A DNA stretch of 64,000 bases. Origin: Neophaeotheca triangularis (Eukaryota). Shown here piece after piece: positions 46,155 through 59,283 of this stretch. A model generated the notes under the pieces. It did not search any database. It was not told the DNA's origin and saw only the letters and a list, made by a program, of their open reading frames with translations. A program made the translations under genes and the position numbers. The stretch covers positions 62,001 through 126,000 of the forward strand of contig BAAIJX010000032.1 of the NCBI GenBank assembly GCA_054600435.1, in the 5' to 3' direction. Every line of letters begins with the position of its first letter. The first letter of the stretch is position 1.

Positions 46155-49100
46155 ATGCCTCACTCTACCGAATCGACATGGCCAGGTCCTGATTCAGGCG
46201 GCGGCGGCGGGGACTATGGTGACATGGGCGACGACAGTGCTGCTGTCGGATTCGCCTTGGCCGCTGATGGTGGCCTTAACGATCTGAAGCTGGGCGACAC
46301 TGAGAGGGCCGATGATGCTGTTGATTACGAGGATATTAGCGATGATGACTTGCCGGAAGAAGAGGAGGCCACTGCGCAGGAGTCTGGCGATGGGAATGGT
46401 GAAGCAGATACTGGCGGAGACGGTCTCTTCGGCGATGACCAGCACATGGACAACTGCCAGGCGGAGGATGCTTTTCAGAATGGAGACTACTCTGGGGAGA
46501 TTAACGATCTTTTCGGCGACCCGGTCCCCATGGCTGTGGATGAGGACCAGAATGAGACGACGGCCGCCGCTCCTCCACCTGCCCGCCCAATTGGAATTGC
46601 GCTTCCCACCAAGGGCGGAGTCCTAGCGCCTCCTAGCGGTTACGCACCAGTCTTTCAAGCGCCTCGCCCTTCAGCCCAAGACAGCCCCAAGTCCATAAGT
46701 TCACCTGTTCTCGCACCCGATGCCGACACTCCTACTTCAGCCGCCGATGAGGATGAGGATGATGTCGACGATGCAGATCTGACTCCTGCGCAGCTCGAGC
46801 ACCGGAAGCAAGTTCGAGCACAAAGAGATCTTTTTGCCTTTCACAAGCGTCACGCTGTCTCAGCAGACGAACCTCTGCCCTCCGTTGAAGAGGATCTCAC
46901 CCAGTTCTGGTCCATGTTCCCAGAGTACGAGCCCGAGCAAAACCCACGATTCGTCGATCTATTCCCTGTCAGGCGTGGCCAATACAATGGCAGGCATCCT
47001 CTCAAGCCACCAAAAACTCTCTTAGCGACCAAGCCGCGCCTTGAGCTGGCCCCGGACCAAGAACGCCTCTTTATCACATCGAACAAGGCCGACCTCGAAT
47101 GCTCTGAGCCTCCGTCCGGGGTTGTTTTCACTGGTGTTGACAAGAATACCGACGAAGACGAGGATGCCGAGTCCGATGTAAGCTTTGGAGAAGATGACAG
47201 ACTTGTTGGTGGCCTTACGCTCCAAGATTTCAGCATGATCTGCGCCGATTGGGAAATGCCTGACTTCGACTCACTATCGGCGAAGGATGCGCCGCTGGAT
47301 CAAGAAGATGAGTTCGTCAGCACGGATCGTCAGCCAAGTAAGAGACGCAAAATTGCGACAGACCCCATCAGCTGGCTGCCCGGTCACGATCCCTACGCCG
47401 CTCTGGATCATCCAGAACGGGCTTTGAGGAACGTGGCAAAGCAGGTCACGCTCGATCTCAACGATCACCAGCTCCTCATCGACGAGCATGCTCCGCCGAC
47501 CAAACCAAACGTGAAGAAAGTCCCTGGAAGCTCCCTGCGCGATGCGGCAGCTCGGAGGGACCTGGCGAAACGTTACAACATTAGCAATGACGAAGCTTAC
47601 GATCTACTTAAGGAGAATCACCAACACAAGGTCCGCAGTACGCTTGGCAGTGTCGCCGTGGAGCACTCCATGCCTGCGACGAGGTTGCAGTGGCCATTCT
47701 ATCAACTTGCGCTTGACGCAAAGGCCACACGTGCATTCCATCGCCCAACCCTTGATCTGAACGCTCCAGTCGGCAGGGAATACAGGGTCACGAAGCCCAA
47801 AATGATCAAACGCAAGCACATTAGGGGCCGCGATACAAAGGATGTGTTCGCCAACGCCGAAGACTTGACAATTGGTGGCGACAACGCGACCGCTCTCCTT
47901 CTGGAGTACTCGGAAGAAGTTCCGACAATGCTCTCAAATCTCGGCATGGGCAGTCGCCTGATCAACTACTACAGAAAGCGCGACGCTGATGACAACGAAC
48001 GTCCCAAGCGCGAGCTTGGTGAGACACAAGTGCTACTAAACCAAGACAAAAGCCCCTTCTCCAACTTCGGCCATGTCGACGCTGGTGATACGGTTCCCAC
48101 GATTCAGAACGGACTGTATCGCGCGCCAATCTTTCAACATACTGCGAAACCGACAGACTTCCTTGTAACCACTACTCACACCTACGCATCGGGCAGGAAA
48201 TTTTACATACGCAATGTCGAGAATCTTCACGCAGTCGGGCAACAATTCCCGTTGCAGATGGTTCCCACCGAACATTCTCGCCGGGTCACCGATGCCGCAA
48301 AGAGACGTCTTCGCGCCATGGCCTTCCGCATCTGGGGAAAGGTCCAGGATCCGCGCAGACGAGGCGTCGTACTCGACAATGAAACCTTACTAAAACACAT
48401 TCCAGGCGGCGAGACCACTCAGCTGCGTGGCAAGATGCGCGAGTTCATGCAATTTGTGCGTGCACCAGGAGGTCGTGAATCAGGTACCTGGGCGCCCAAA
48501 GACGGTCACCCTGTACCGGACAACGAAACCATCCGGAGCTGGATCAGTCCTGAAGAGATCTGTCTGTTCGACTCGATGCAAATGGGTGTCCGTCATCTTC
48601 GCGACCTCGGCCTCTCGCTCGGCAAAGATGCGGAGAAGGATGCGGAGAACGACAAGGACTTGGACGAGGATGCCAACATTGAGCTGAAGCTCGCGCCTTG
48701 GTACACTACCAAGCATTTCATCAACGCCTGTCAAGGAAAGGCTATGCTCAAATTGCATGGCGAGGGAGATCCCACAGGTCAAGGTCTGGGGTTCAGCTTC
48801 ATCAAGACCTCTATGAAGGGTGGCTTTCAAGCTCTTGGTAGGTGCAAGTCGTGCCTGATTTGTACGTGTTCAAACGCTGACCATATTATTCACATAGGCG
48901 AAAGTGCCGCCGACAAAATTCTCGCGAAGAAGAGAAAAGAAGGCGGACACCATTACAACGTCGCCGAGCAGCAAAGGAAGTATGACGAAGACATTCGAAC
49001 CATCTGGCAAAAGCAGCGCGACACCTTGTCAAGCACGGTAGATCTCGCGGATGCTGAAGACGACGACGATGATGATATTCCGGAGAATACATTCGCGCAG

Positions 49101-50318
49101 AGCAGGGCTCCTACGCCGCGCACATCCTTTGCCACGCCGTCGGTGGTCGGTCGTCATGACGACGACAGCAAGAGCCAGTTCAGCAAGCATTCGTCGGACC
49201 GCGTCAATGACTCCAAGGTGCTTGTCATCACACGCAAAGTACGCAACCGCTTCGGGCAATTCGAAACCGAGAAGATTCGTGTCGACAACCCCAAAGTCAT
49301 CAAATTGTACAACAAGCGCAGTGCTGAAAAGCAGAGAGAGAAGCTTAGGTTAGTACTCAAAAACATGCCAGCCCCGAGCTGCGCTGACAACCATAAAAGT
49401 GAGGGAGAGGTAAATCTAGTTCCAACTGGCGACGCTGTGCGAGATGAGATGCACAGGCAAGCCCTTCAAGCCGAACTCGCCAGGCTCAACAAGAACCAGG
49501 ACCGCCGCCTTGCTCGTGAGAGGGCAAAGCAACGTGCTTCGGGCAATTTCCCAAGTGCTAGCGGCGCTGGTTCTCCTGCTGCTGCCGGCAGCCCTGCACC
49601 ATCCGATATCGAGGGCCCAGCTGCTGTGAACACTCCTGCTAACGGTACCCCAACCAATAAGAAGAAGAGCAAAGGTGGCGACGGCACCACCAAACGCAAA
49701 TGTGCGAACTGCGGCATCGAGGGTCACATCAAGACCAACAAAAAGTACGTGTTTAACAGGAGATTTCGTGTTTACTACTGCCTTGCTTGCGACACCTTCC
49801 ACCCTCAAACGGGAATGTCCAAGTGGGAGCAGGCTATCCAAGATAACGGTGGTTCCAGGCCCCCAGTGCCCGGCGAAGCTCGAAAGACTTCGCGAAAGGC
49901 AGGACGCGCCAAGTGCACAGCCGACCAAGATGGCGGTGCGATTGGCGTTTCCTCTCCGGCTACGACAAAGAACAAAAAGAAAACGGCGATTGAAGACCTT
50001 CACGGCTTGAGCTCGGCGATGTTCGCATCGCCCACCTTGAAGCTGTGAGGGTCCATGATCAATAGTGCCGTTATTCGACCCATAGCCCTTCTGCCACTCT
50101 TTCAGCAAGTATATCGTGGCTCCAACATGCCTTGGGTGTACTTGCAATCTCTTTCCCGAGTTTTGTATTCGTCGTCTTTTCTTACAGCGCTTGTTGGGCG
50201 GCTCGCTAACCATTTGAAAAGGCTCTGTCCACTCCTCAACGGCACCATGAAGCCCGAAGACGCGGGCAAGAACGGCGACAGCAGTTTCGGCGCTGTCCCT
50301 GCGCCTCTGACACTTTGA
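46155..50318 (+). CDS. TAF1: TFIID subunit Taf1
   Basis: ATG 46155; YNISNDEAYDLLK, LLEYSEEVP...GMGSRLINYYRK, LHGEGDPTGQGLGFSFIKTSMKGGF; in-frame introns 48838-48897 and 49349-49399; intron 49745-50221 completes zinc knuckle CANCGIEGHIKTNKKLCP. Confidence 0.96.
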
Positions 50319-51370
50319 GCTCGAAGCCCTGAAGCATAGACATCGAAGACCTATGAACACGACACCGCGGTTCACCCAAATATCCCTCGGAACATATCCT
50401 ATCGAACATTACTTTACGGAGCTCGCTATCTCCAAACAGCAGCACGATCTCTATTTAGCAATCCCCGAACGCGACATTAACGCGGGTCGCACTGGCCGCA
50501 ACTGGCCCGACTTTATGCGGCCGGAAACACCCATCTATCTCGAACACAAAACAGCGAAACAAAGAAAAGACGAGGATGCGGGCAGGTCGTGGACGCAACT
50601 ACGCGGCCGTTTTACGGAGGCAGCACCGTTGCAGACACTGCCTTCAGCTCGTCGTCAACCATGGCGATATGAGGACGGGAATGGGCAAAGGGGGAGGAGT
50701 GGTTTGGTTATTGGAATAGGGAGGCCAGAAGATAAAGCTACGAGGTGAAATTTGGGCTAGCCGAGCGAAGCAGATGGCGTTCAGATGAGACCATCAGTTG
50801 TGCGTCGCTGTAGTAGCTTTTATGAGAAAATGGTGTTGTCTAAGTTGTTCCTTTTCGTCTTCTGTGGTTCTGCAGGTAAGCATGATCTTTTCTCCTCGCA
50901 TAGATAATTCGGCACTTGAGCCGCTGTTTTCAAGACTCTCGCCCTTTGGAAGAAGCAGCTTACATCTTCTTTGGACTGCGGAGGCTTTCCTGGGTTATCA
51001 GTGACTTGCTGCTGGCTATTATCCACTACTCCCCAATGTCCGGAATGCGATTGTTTGCTGCTGGATCAGGTGAAGGCTCAACACTTTCATGGCGAAGATG
51101 ACGGGAAGGCGGGATTGACAAGAGCCATAGTGGGAGTATGATCTCGGCATTGAATACCTGCACATTAGATATCGGTGATGTTGACTGAGAACGGGTCGAA
51201 CAGCCGCGCGCATGGACCCGCGCCTTCCACGGGAGCGGCCGGCGCAGCTGCGAGATCCCGTCCCCATAAAGCTTGGGCCTGAATTGTAGATTTGAAGATT
51301 CGTTCTCGCGCTGCGGCTTCGCGTCCGCCTTGACCTTCACATAGCCACCAACCGAACAGCAACCGCAGCA

Positions 51371-53495
51371 ATGGCTTCCACGCTGGGCAAGAGATCGCGC
51401 TCTGACTCGCCAGAGCAGAAGGCCGAGGGTACGTCATCGGGAGCATCGTGTCTGTGTCTGTATCGCACGGCGCATGAACTAACCAATCTCCTATTCACCA
51501 GACTCCGCGCGCGCTGCCTCCCCCTCTGGAGCGCACCCCGAAACCAACGATGAGGAAGACGGTGGCGGCTGGGAGGTCGCTGGAGCCAAGAAGAAACGCA
51601 AGCAAGAGGCTAATTCCGCGCCTGGCATTTCGTTCGCAGGAGCCGGTATTGCTCGCTTGCAGAGCTACATCAAGATCGGAGACCTCCAGGAAATGGTTTT
51701 GTACGTCCTCGCTGACGGTACGGCCCCGCAGTGGTGTACAGTCAAGAATCGCGGCAACTTTGACAAGGTCGTGCTCTTGATGGTGCCAGGTCTTGAGGAG
51801 TGGATGTTTCAAAGCAAGATGGACATCGACAACGTGGAGCAGAAGCGTGCTTACAAAGACTTCGTTTCCAAAGGCCCGGATGACTGCCTGCCGACCATTC
51901 TCGACCCCCAGCGTATGCCTTCTCCAGTTCAGCCTTTGGCTGACATGTTCAAGCATGTGTGGACCGTCAAGACCCCTGGCGATAGCAGATTTGCTCGCAT
52001 GCATTCTCCCATGAACACTATGCTCTCTTCGAACATCCCCAAGCCTCAGGAATTCCGCAACATGAAGGGTCCCAAGCCTCCGGCTGAAAAGGCGAGGTGG
52101 GTGGACACGAGGACTCCCATTACCGAGTTTTTGGCGAGTGTGGACGAGCTCGCGAATGAGGGTTACCCTCTTCACCCTGCGCACTCGGATGTTATCGACG
52201 AGTCTCAAGAAGGTTTTGTCCATTCACGCAATATCACTACGCCAGAAGACGGTCAAGTCCCGGACGATCAAATCCAGAAAGGCTCACTCACAGCTGGTCG
52301 CACGATCTACGCCATCGACTGCGAGATGTGCATCACAAGCCCTGAGGGAGTGCTTCCGCCAGTCTCGAGCCTCACGCGTATTACGCTTGTAGATTGGGAG
52401 GGTAAGGTCGTGCTCGATGAGTTTGTGAAGCCCAAAGATCCCGTCACCGACTACTTGACTGCGTACTCCGGCGTCACTGCAGCCAAGCTCGAGGGTGTCA
52501 CAACAACCATGGAAGACATTCAGAAGAAGCTTCTCGAAATCATCACTCCGCAAACGATCTTGGTTGGACAGAGTCTGAACGGCGATCTCAAGGCTCTGCA
52601 ATTTACGCACCCTTTCATCATCGACACTGCCCTGGTTTTTCCCCATCCCAAGGGGCCACCACTCAAGAGCTCTCTCAAGTTCTTGGCGAAGAAGTACCTC
52701 GGACGCGACATTCAGCAGGGCCATGGAACGAGCGGTCACGACAGTGTTGAGGACGCTCGTGCTTGTCTCGACCTCGTCAAGCAAAAGTGCGAAAAAGGTC
52801 CTGCTTGGGGTACTCAAGAGGCTTCTAGTGAGAGCATCTTCAAGCGCCTCGGTCGTTTCCCGAGCAAAAAGGCTCGTCGTATCAATGCTGATGTCGCGGA
52901 CGAGCAGCTTGAGAAGAACAGAGGTGCCGTTGTCGACTGGGGCGAGCCCAAGTTTGGTCAGGGCAGCCAGGCAAAGGTCGCCATAGGTTGCGAGAGCGAT
53001 GATGACGTTGTCCGTGGCATCTCGCGCGCCCTCGGGACAGACGCGTCTTCGTCCATTGGCGACGATGGTGCATCTGCTTCATCGACAACGTCTCCTGGCA
53101 GCGTCGACTTCGTGTACGCGCGCCTTCGCGAGCTCGAAGCGAAGGTCGGCTGGTGGACTTCCTCCAAGTTTAACAGGCAGGAGCAACTCCGCCAGCAAGC
53201 CATGGACAAGACACATGACCTCTCACCAGGACAAGCCGTCGCCGAAACCGTGGCCAAGATCAAAGCCATTTACCACTCGCTTCCCGCGCGCACTGCTTTC
53301 ATCGTCTACTCCGGCTCTGGGGACCCACGTCCGCTTAAGCGCATGCAAGACATGCAGACCACTTTCAAGGAGGAGTACAAAACCAAGAAGTGGGACCAGC
53401 TCAGTGTCAAGTGGACGGACAACGAGGAGCAGGCGTTGCGTCAGGCTTGTGAGCAGGCGAGGATGGGGATGGCGTTGATTACGACAAAGAATTGA
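51371..53495 (+). CDS. DEDDh 3'-5' RNA exonuclease, Rex1/Rnh70 type
   Basis: Exons 51371-51428 and 51502-53495; ExoI AIDCEMC, ExoII LVGQSLNGDLKAL, ExoIII GHDSVEDARAC. Confidence 0.92.
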
Positions 53496-54515
53496 GCGGA
53501 GTAGGAGAAGGACAGATTTGTGCAAGTGAGGCGGCTATGATGCTGACTCTCTCGTCTGGGTTGGTGGGTATTGCCATGATACGAAGAATGTGCTATGTGT
53601 TTTTCAGGTGAGTGTGCGGAGAAGGTACATGCATTGCCGTTGCACCTTGACTCCAAGGTCATCGCGGAAGGGCTGCTCTCTCTGCCAGGGTAGGGACTTG
53701 CCAGGGCTGTCAGAAGAGGAGGATCAGTGGCTCTTTGTCAAGGGCTACTGGGCATTCTCTCTCTGTTCTACTATGTAGGTAAGTCCTGGTACTCTCCGTT
53801 GCAGAATACCAGAGCGCTTTACGCAAAGAAGTCGGTGGGTGGGTCTCCAGCATCAACTGCCAAGTGTTTCGCTTTGACTTCACCTCGTCCTTTTCTTGTT
53901 TTTCCTTTCACTTGGTGCCATCTCAGCACGACCAGGCTTTCGCATTATATCTTCCCCATCTCAATCTCCGATCTTACGTGTTGGACGATCGGACCATGGT
54001 TCCCTTGTTGCCATACGACGATCCTTTGGTCTAGCACTTGAAGACTGTTTGCCTTCGCAACAGATAGTATGCATCGCCTCGCCGTCTTCAATGATTCGCT
54101 TTGCCACGTGCAGCCCTGATTTCTTGGTCTGTATGAACGCTCCTTATCATTCACGTTCAGCTTTTAATGCTTATGAAGCTTCCCCTATTCATTCAAGAGG
54201 TTTGTAGTAGCATGTGGCTCTTACTCTGTATAGTTGTGAATGCCATTCACGAGCTATATTATCTTCTACAGTCACGAGCGACTAGACTTCTTCTGTGGCC
54301 TATATCTTTAGGTTGCCTTACGTTCTCGTACGTCGACTTTACAATTATCGACCCAATTGTTTGGAAGGAGCTGGACTACTACCGACCTCTAATAAACTTA
54401 AAAAGATACAGCTTCTTCATCAAACAGCTGTCGATAGCCTTGCGAACGACGACACACTTCTAGAGCTCTAGGTTTCACCTATAGTCCCTACAATTCCTCA
54501 ACTTCAGCCGCGAAC

Positions 54516-55517
54516 ATGGTTAAACACACATGGACGCCTGACGAGCGCCTGGCCATCCTTTGCATTTGCGATGTCTATGACAACTACGACCAAGACGCCG
54601 CCGCGCGCATCTTCAACCGGATGTACGGCACAGATCTTTCCAAGCAGACTGTCAAGATGCAGTACTCGGAGAGGACCCGCTTACATCGCAGCCCTTCTTG
54701 GACTGCTGTATGGACCCGTTTGGAGACAAATCAGGGAAAGAGGGACCGAGAGCTGATGGAGGGGAGAGTCCGTCAGGCTGCTGTTGCGCTAGGGATTCCG
54801 CCGCCAGCAATGGGCGCTGCTTCTTCTTCTTCGAGGGTTGCAAGCGCTCCCAGCGTGAATGGGCACAGCGCAAGCTCAAGCACCGACTACGCAGCTGGAA
54901 CACCATCCCCACCTCCCACCACCCAGGCTACCTCAACAACAAGGCAAAGCAAACCCCCATCCGCCGGAGAGCCTCTCACCAACTCCCGCGACCAAGCACC
55001 CCTCCATTTCCCAGCACTCTCAGCCACCATGCCGACCCCGACCACCGCCACAACCACCAGTTCCCTCCCCATGGTCCACCACACCCACTGCATCTGGCGC
55101 AACGACCGCTTCGCCTTCACCGACGCCTGGAACAGCACCATCCCCACGCACACGGACATCTACAAACACGGCGGACGCGTGCACGCGCTCACAACCCTCT
55201 CCACCTCCACCCCCTTGGACGCAATGATCTGCTCCCAAGACTTCTGCCCCGAGTGTCGTCGCCACAGCTCCTCTCACGCTTCCCCCGCCACTCCCAGCGA
55301 GACGGCCGGGAGACCTTTTGTGCATGCGGGGGATTTGAGGGTTTGCGGGGACGGGGGGGGTTATCGGTTTGAGCCGGAGAGGCCGCGGAGTCATAATTTG
55401 GGCATTGAGGGCGTCGGGGGGTTTGCCGTTGTTGGGTTTGGTGGCGGGGTGGAGACGGTTGTCGCGGTTTGTGCTAGGGGTTGTGGGGTTTGTGGTGGGG
55501 GGTTGAGGCGGGGTTGA
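54516..55517 (+). CDS. Hypothetical protein with an N-terminal Myb/HTH-like segment and two His/Cys modules
   Basis: 333-codon ORF; HTWTPDERLAIL...ARIFNRMY...VKMQY; PMVH...MICSQDFCPEC and PFVH...VCARGCGVC. Confidence 0.7.
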   Translation: MVKHTWTPDERLAILCICDVYDNYDQDAAARIFNRMYGTDLSKQTVKMQYSERTRLHRSPSWTAVWTRLETNQGKRDRELMEGRVRQAAVALGIPPPAMGAASSSSRVASAPSVNGHSASSSTDYAAGTPSPPPTTQATSTTRQSKPPSAGEPLTNSRDQAPLHFPALSATMPTPTTATTTSSLPMVHHTHCIWRNDRFAFTDAWNSTIPTHTDIYKHGGRVHALTTLSTSTPLDAMICSQDFCPECRRHSSSHASPATPSETAGRPFVHAGDLRVCGDGGGYRFEPERPRSHNLGIEGVGGFAVVGFGGGVETVVAVCARGCGVCGGGLRRG

Positions 55518-55753
55518 GGGGGGTTGCTAGGGGCTAGGGAGGAGTGAGGGGGGGCGAAAGGTGTGGAGCGCTGGGAGAGTTGTGTTGGAGGGATGTGGAG
55601 GCGGGCGGGCGGGGAGGGTTTCGAATGCTGTTGGCTTGGGTGTTGTGGCGTTGGGGTTTCCAGCTTTCTCGGTGAGAGAGCGAAGCATTGCGATTTTAAA
55701 CCAACCCCCTGAGCAAAGGCGTCTGGGCGTTTTGCGTCGGCCGATGCTAATCG

Positions 55754-55843
55754 CAGCAATGAGTTCAATCGTTGGCATCGAAGTATTATACTTGTTCACA
55801 GCAATGAGTTCAATCGTTGGCATCGAGGTATTATACTTGTTCA
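55754..55843. repeat. 45-bp direct tandem duplication
   Basis: CAGCAATGAGTTCAATCGTTGGCATCGARGTATTATACTTGTTCA twice, one A/G mismatch. Confidence 0.95.
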
Positions 55844-56482
55844 ATCTCGAATTGCTACGTCAAAGTTTCGAGAACTCTGTCCCTGAAGTTGATTGTCACG
55901 CTCCTGGCACCTGTTACGTGTGATCGTGTCTAGTCGCCTTGACAGCGCATGAATGCAACTGCGTTCATCCGGTGACCAGCTTGGAATATGGCTGCTCTTG
56001 GATAAAGAAGCAGGCGACGCCGAGAAGAAAGAGTTCCGGTTCCGTGGACCGTGGGCCACGAAGATCAACCTTTAATGGCTTTCGGGTTTCCAGTTGTATC
56101 CCTCCATACCGACTCTCAGGGCAAAACAACAGGTGTAAAGTTGCAAAGCGCTGCCAGTGCTAGGGAAGAGCGAGTATTCGCTGGGTGGGTAGAGTGCAAG
56201 TGGACAGGTTCTCATATCGTTTCGAGGATTGTTCGTGCTGGGAAATGTGGTTGTAAGATCCTTCGTGGCATTTGTCAAAGTTCTAGTATGGTAGGGTTTT
56301 CCTGACCGGGGAATCCGCACTCTCAATCTACTCAAAAAACCACTACCTTTCTCCTTATATACAATAAATGGCGCAAAAGCTCAACAAAAAATCCAACCCA
56401 ATCAAATCAGCGCTATCCAAACCTCCAGGAAAGAGAAGAAACAAAAACTTCCTCACATTCCTCTGTCCACCAACAACAACCC

Positions 56483-57541
56483 CTACCGCACCGGCTCCGA
56501 AACCTCCCTAGCAATGTCAAAAATCCCCTCTAACTGCTCCGGCGGCGTCCTACCATAACCACACTCGCTCGCGACGGCAAACTCCGGGGCAACCTTGCCA
56601 GCAGCCTCGATCCTACGCCTCGTGCCCTCGAGATCGCCATAATGCAGCAAACCCAAAACCAACTCACAACCGTGCGCCTTCAACTTGGGAACCAAGTCGG
56701 CCAGCGGAGCGAAATACTCGTCCAACCGGCCCTCGGCCGACAAAGGCACGGGTAAGTGGAAGAAGGAGACTGAATGTGGGCAGTCGTTTAGGATGCGTAA
56801 GCCGCGCTCGACGACGGCGGCCGTGGAAGCCGGCTCGTACCAGTGCTTGTGCTCCATGTCGCCGTAGCAGTTGTGGAAACCAAGTTCGACGTCGGGGTCG
56901 ACTTGGGCCGCTAGGCGGTTGATGCGGGTCATGACGCCGTCTTTGACGTCGTCGAACCAGGGGGCTAGGTACTGGCCTTCCCAGAAAGCTGTGTCGACTG
57001 CCAGGTCGAGTTGGATGGAGAGTTGGTCGTGGGGGATGGCGGCCTGGATGTTGCGCAGGGCTGTGAAGAGGGCGGATTCGTAGATTGGCTCGACGCGGGC
57101 GCGGAAGGCGGGTTGGACGAAGACGCCTATGATGTTGGGGGTTGTTGGGATGGAGACTTGGAAGCGGATCGAGGGGTCGAGGACGGCGGAGTCTTTGAGG
57201 GATTTGAAGGTTTGGTAGCTTTGGATCGCTGCCGTGTCGTAGCCGGTTTGGATGTTGGCGGCTTCGAGTTGAGCGACGCCTTGGTCGATTTCTTCCGGGG
57301 TGAAGTCTTTGGTGATGGGGGCTTTGTTGTTCATTTCGAAAAGGACCATTGTCTGTGGGGCGGCAGCGGCGAAGAGGGCGTATTGCCAAAAGGTGAAATT
57401 GATGCGTTGGCCGGTTTCGCCATCTGGAATGCGTTTGAGACGGTTGGCGAGGCCGGCGGAACATTGTCGAAAGACCGTCTCCTCGTCGGCCAGAGGGACG
57501 CTGCCGACGAGATGACAACCTTTGACGGTGGGAGGAGACAT
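56483..57541 (-). CDS. Single-domain UROD/MetE-like (cobalamin-independent methionine synthase-like) zinc enzyme
   Basis: Intronless 352 aa; HLVGSVP, RIPDGETG, putative Zn ligands GFHNCYGD and SECGYGR. Confidence 0.8.
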   Translation of the reverse strand: MSPPTVKGCHLVGSVPLADEETVFRQCSAGLANRLKRIPDGETGQRINFTFWQYALFAAAAPQTMVLFEMNNKAPITKDFTPEEIDQGVAQLEAANIQTGYDTAAIQSYQTFKSLKDSAVLDPSIRFQVSIPTTPNIIGVFVQPAFRARVEPIYESALFTALRNIQAAIPHDQLSIQLDLAVDTAFWEGQYLAPWFDDVKDGVMTRINRLAAQVDPDVELGFHNCYGDMEHKHWYEPASTAAVVERGLRILNDCPHSVSFFHLPVPLSAEGRLDEYFAPLADLVPKLKAHGCELVLGLLHYGDLEGTRRRIEAAGKVAPEFAVASECGYGRTPPEQLEGIFDIAREVSEPVR

Positions 57542-58086
57542 GGTTATAGTTCGTACTACCTAGGACGGGTATAGAGATGCAGTAGGATGTGTATGAGATA
57601 GATACTTAAGGTATATTATATACTTGTTATATACTTTATCCGTGGGGCAGACTAGGAGGTAGGTAGTAGACTAGTAGGTATGTAGTCTAGTACTGGCAGT
57701 GGAATGTGTCACGTGGCGAGCAGAGAGACTAGAGCCCTCGATCGACTATAATGAGTAGAAACAAACCTTCGGTACCTTCGGCAGATGGTTTAAAACTTGA
57801 GGTTGTTATTAGAGAAGGAGAATGATAATAATAGTAGTGATAACACGTGACGGAACAGTAAACGTTGGGCGGGCCGAGAGCAGGTAGTATACACCTTATA
57901 CCTTATTATTGTTACTGTTATAATAATAATACCTGGTGGTGAATTACTTACTACTTCTTACTACTTACCTACTTCAGCATTTGCCTGACTTCCTTCCTTC
58001 CTCCCTTCCTGACTTCCCGACTTCCCTTTCTTACCTCTCCACACCAAACCACTTCTCCTCTCTTCTCTCTTCTCTCTTCCTTCGCC

Positions 58087-59283
58087 ATGGAACCAGATCA
58101 TGATCATGAAGCCGACTCGGCTTTTGGTGGTGATCGGTGAGTCCCACCCACCCGGCCATGTTACAATATCCAATCCTCTTCATTCTCTCTGACAACCCGA
58201 ACCCGCACCCGCACCCAGTTCCTCGCTTGCCTCTTCTTCCACCTCTCTCCAATCCGCCGTCACGAGATACCAATTCGAACACGGACGTCGGTAGTAAGTA
58301 TATACATGCCTTGCTCCATCCTGCCTCCCATGCTAATCTCATACCCCTTTTCCACCACAGCCATGGCTACCAAGCCGGCAAATACAACTTTCCCAACGAT
58401 GACAAAGAACTCAACCGCATGGACATTGAACACCAAAACCAGCTCCTCCAACTCGACAACAAACTGCACCTCGCTCCTCTCCAAGACCCCAAAGCCATCC
58501 TAGACTTGGGAACCGGCACAGGTATCTGGGCGATCGAGGTGAGAACATTTCCCCAGGAGCACACACAAGACAGCTCATAGAACCATACAACTAACAACAC
58601 CCACCCAGATGGCCGACACCTACCCCGACTGTGAAGTCAAAGGCACAGACCTCTCGCCCGTCCAACCAACCTGGATCCCACCCAACTGCAATTTCGAAGT
58701 CGATGACTTTGAGCAAGACTGGACCTTTGGGGAATCACGCTTCGACATGGTCCACGGCCGCTTCCTTATGGGCTCCATCCAAGACCACGCCCAACTCTAC
58801 GCCAAAATCTACCGCTCGCTCAAACCCGGCGGCTGGTTCGAGATTTCCGAAATGGAATGCGGCACTTTCAGCGACGACGGCAGCGTCCCGCCCGACTCGC
58901 CCTCGGTACGTTGGTGGAGTTTGCTCGAAGAGGCTTTTGCGAAACTCGCCCGGCCTATCCTCAAAATCGACCAATACCCGGGCTTGTTCGAGCAAGCGGG
59001 CTTCGTAGACGTGCAGCACATGATGCTCAAGCGACCGACGAATGATTGGCCCAAGGACCCGCGTATGAAGGAGATTGGGCGGTATTCGTGTTTGAATTTT
59101 CTCGAGGGCTTGGCCGGGTTTAGTATGGCGCCTTTTACGCGCGTTTTGGGTTGGACGCCCGAGGAGGTCGAGGTCTTGCTTGCTGGGGTTAGGAAGGAGA
59201 CGACGAGACGGAAGGTGCATGGGTGGCAGAAGGGGGTCGTTTGTTTTGGGAGGAAACCTTTTCCTGGCGAGATGGCTGCGTGA
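58087..59283 (+). CDS. Class I SAM-dependent methyltransferase (LaeA-like/TAM family)
   Basis: Exons 58087-58136, 58219-58293, 58361-58538, 58609-59283; GRRYHGY...FPNDDKELNRMD, ILDLGTGTGIWA, GTDLSPVQP, LKPGGWFE. Confidence 0.93.

Noticed and set aside
50353..51340. Short ORFs between TAF1 and the exonuclease gene
   Set aside because: No family features; probably UTR or intergenic sequence.
52560..52595. GQSL instead of the usual GHSL in exonuclease motif II as inactivation
   Set aside because: The acidic DEDD residues and the ExoIII His are all present.
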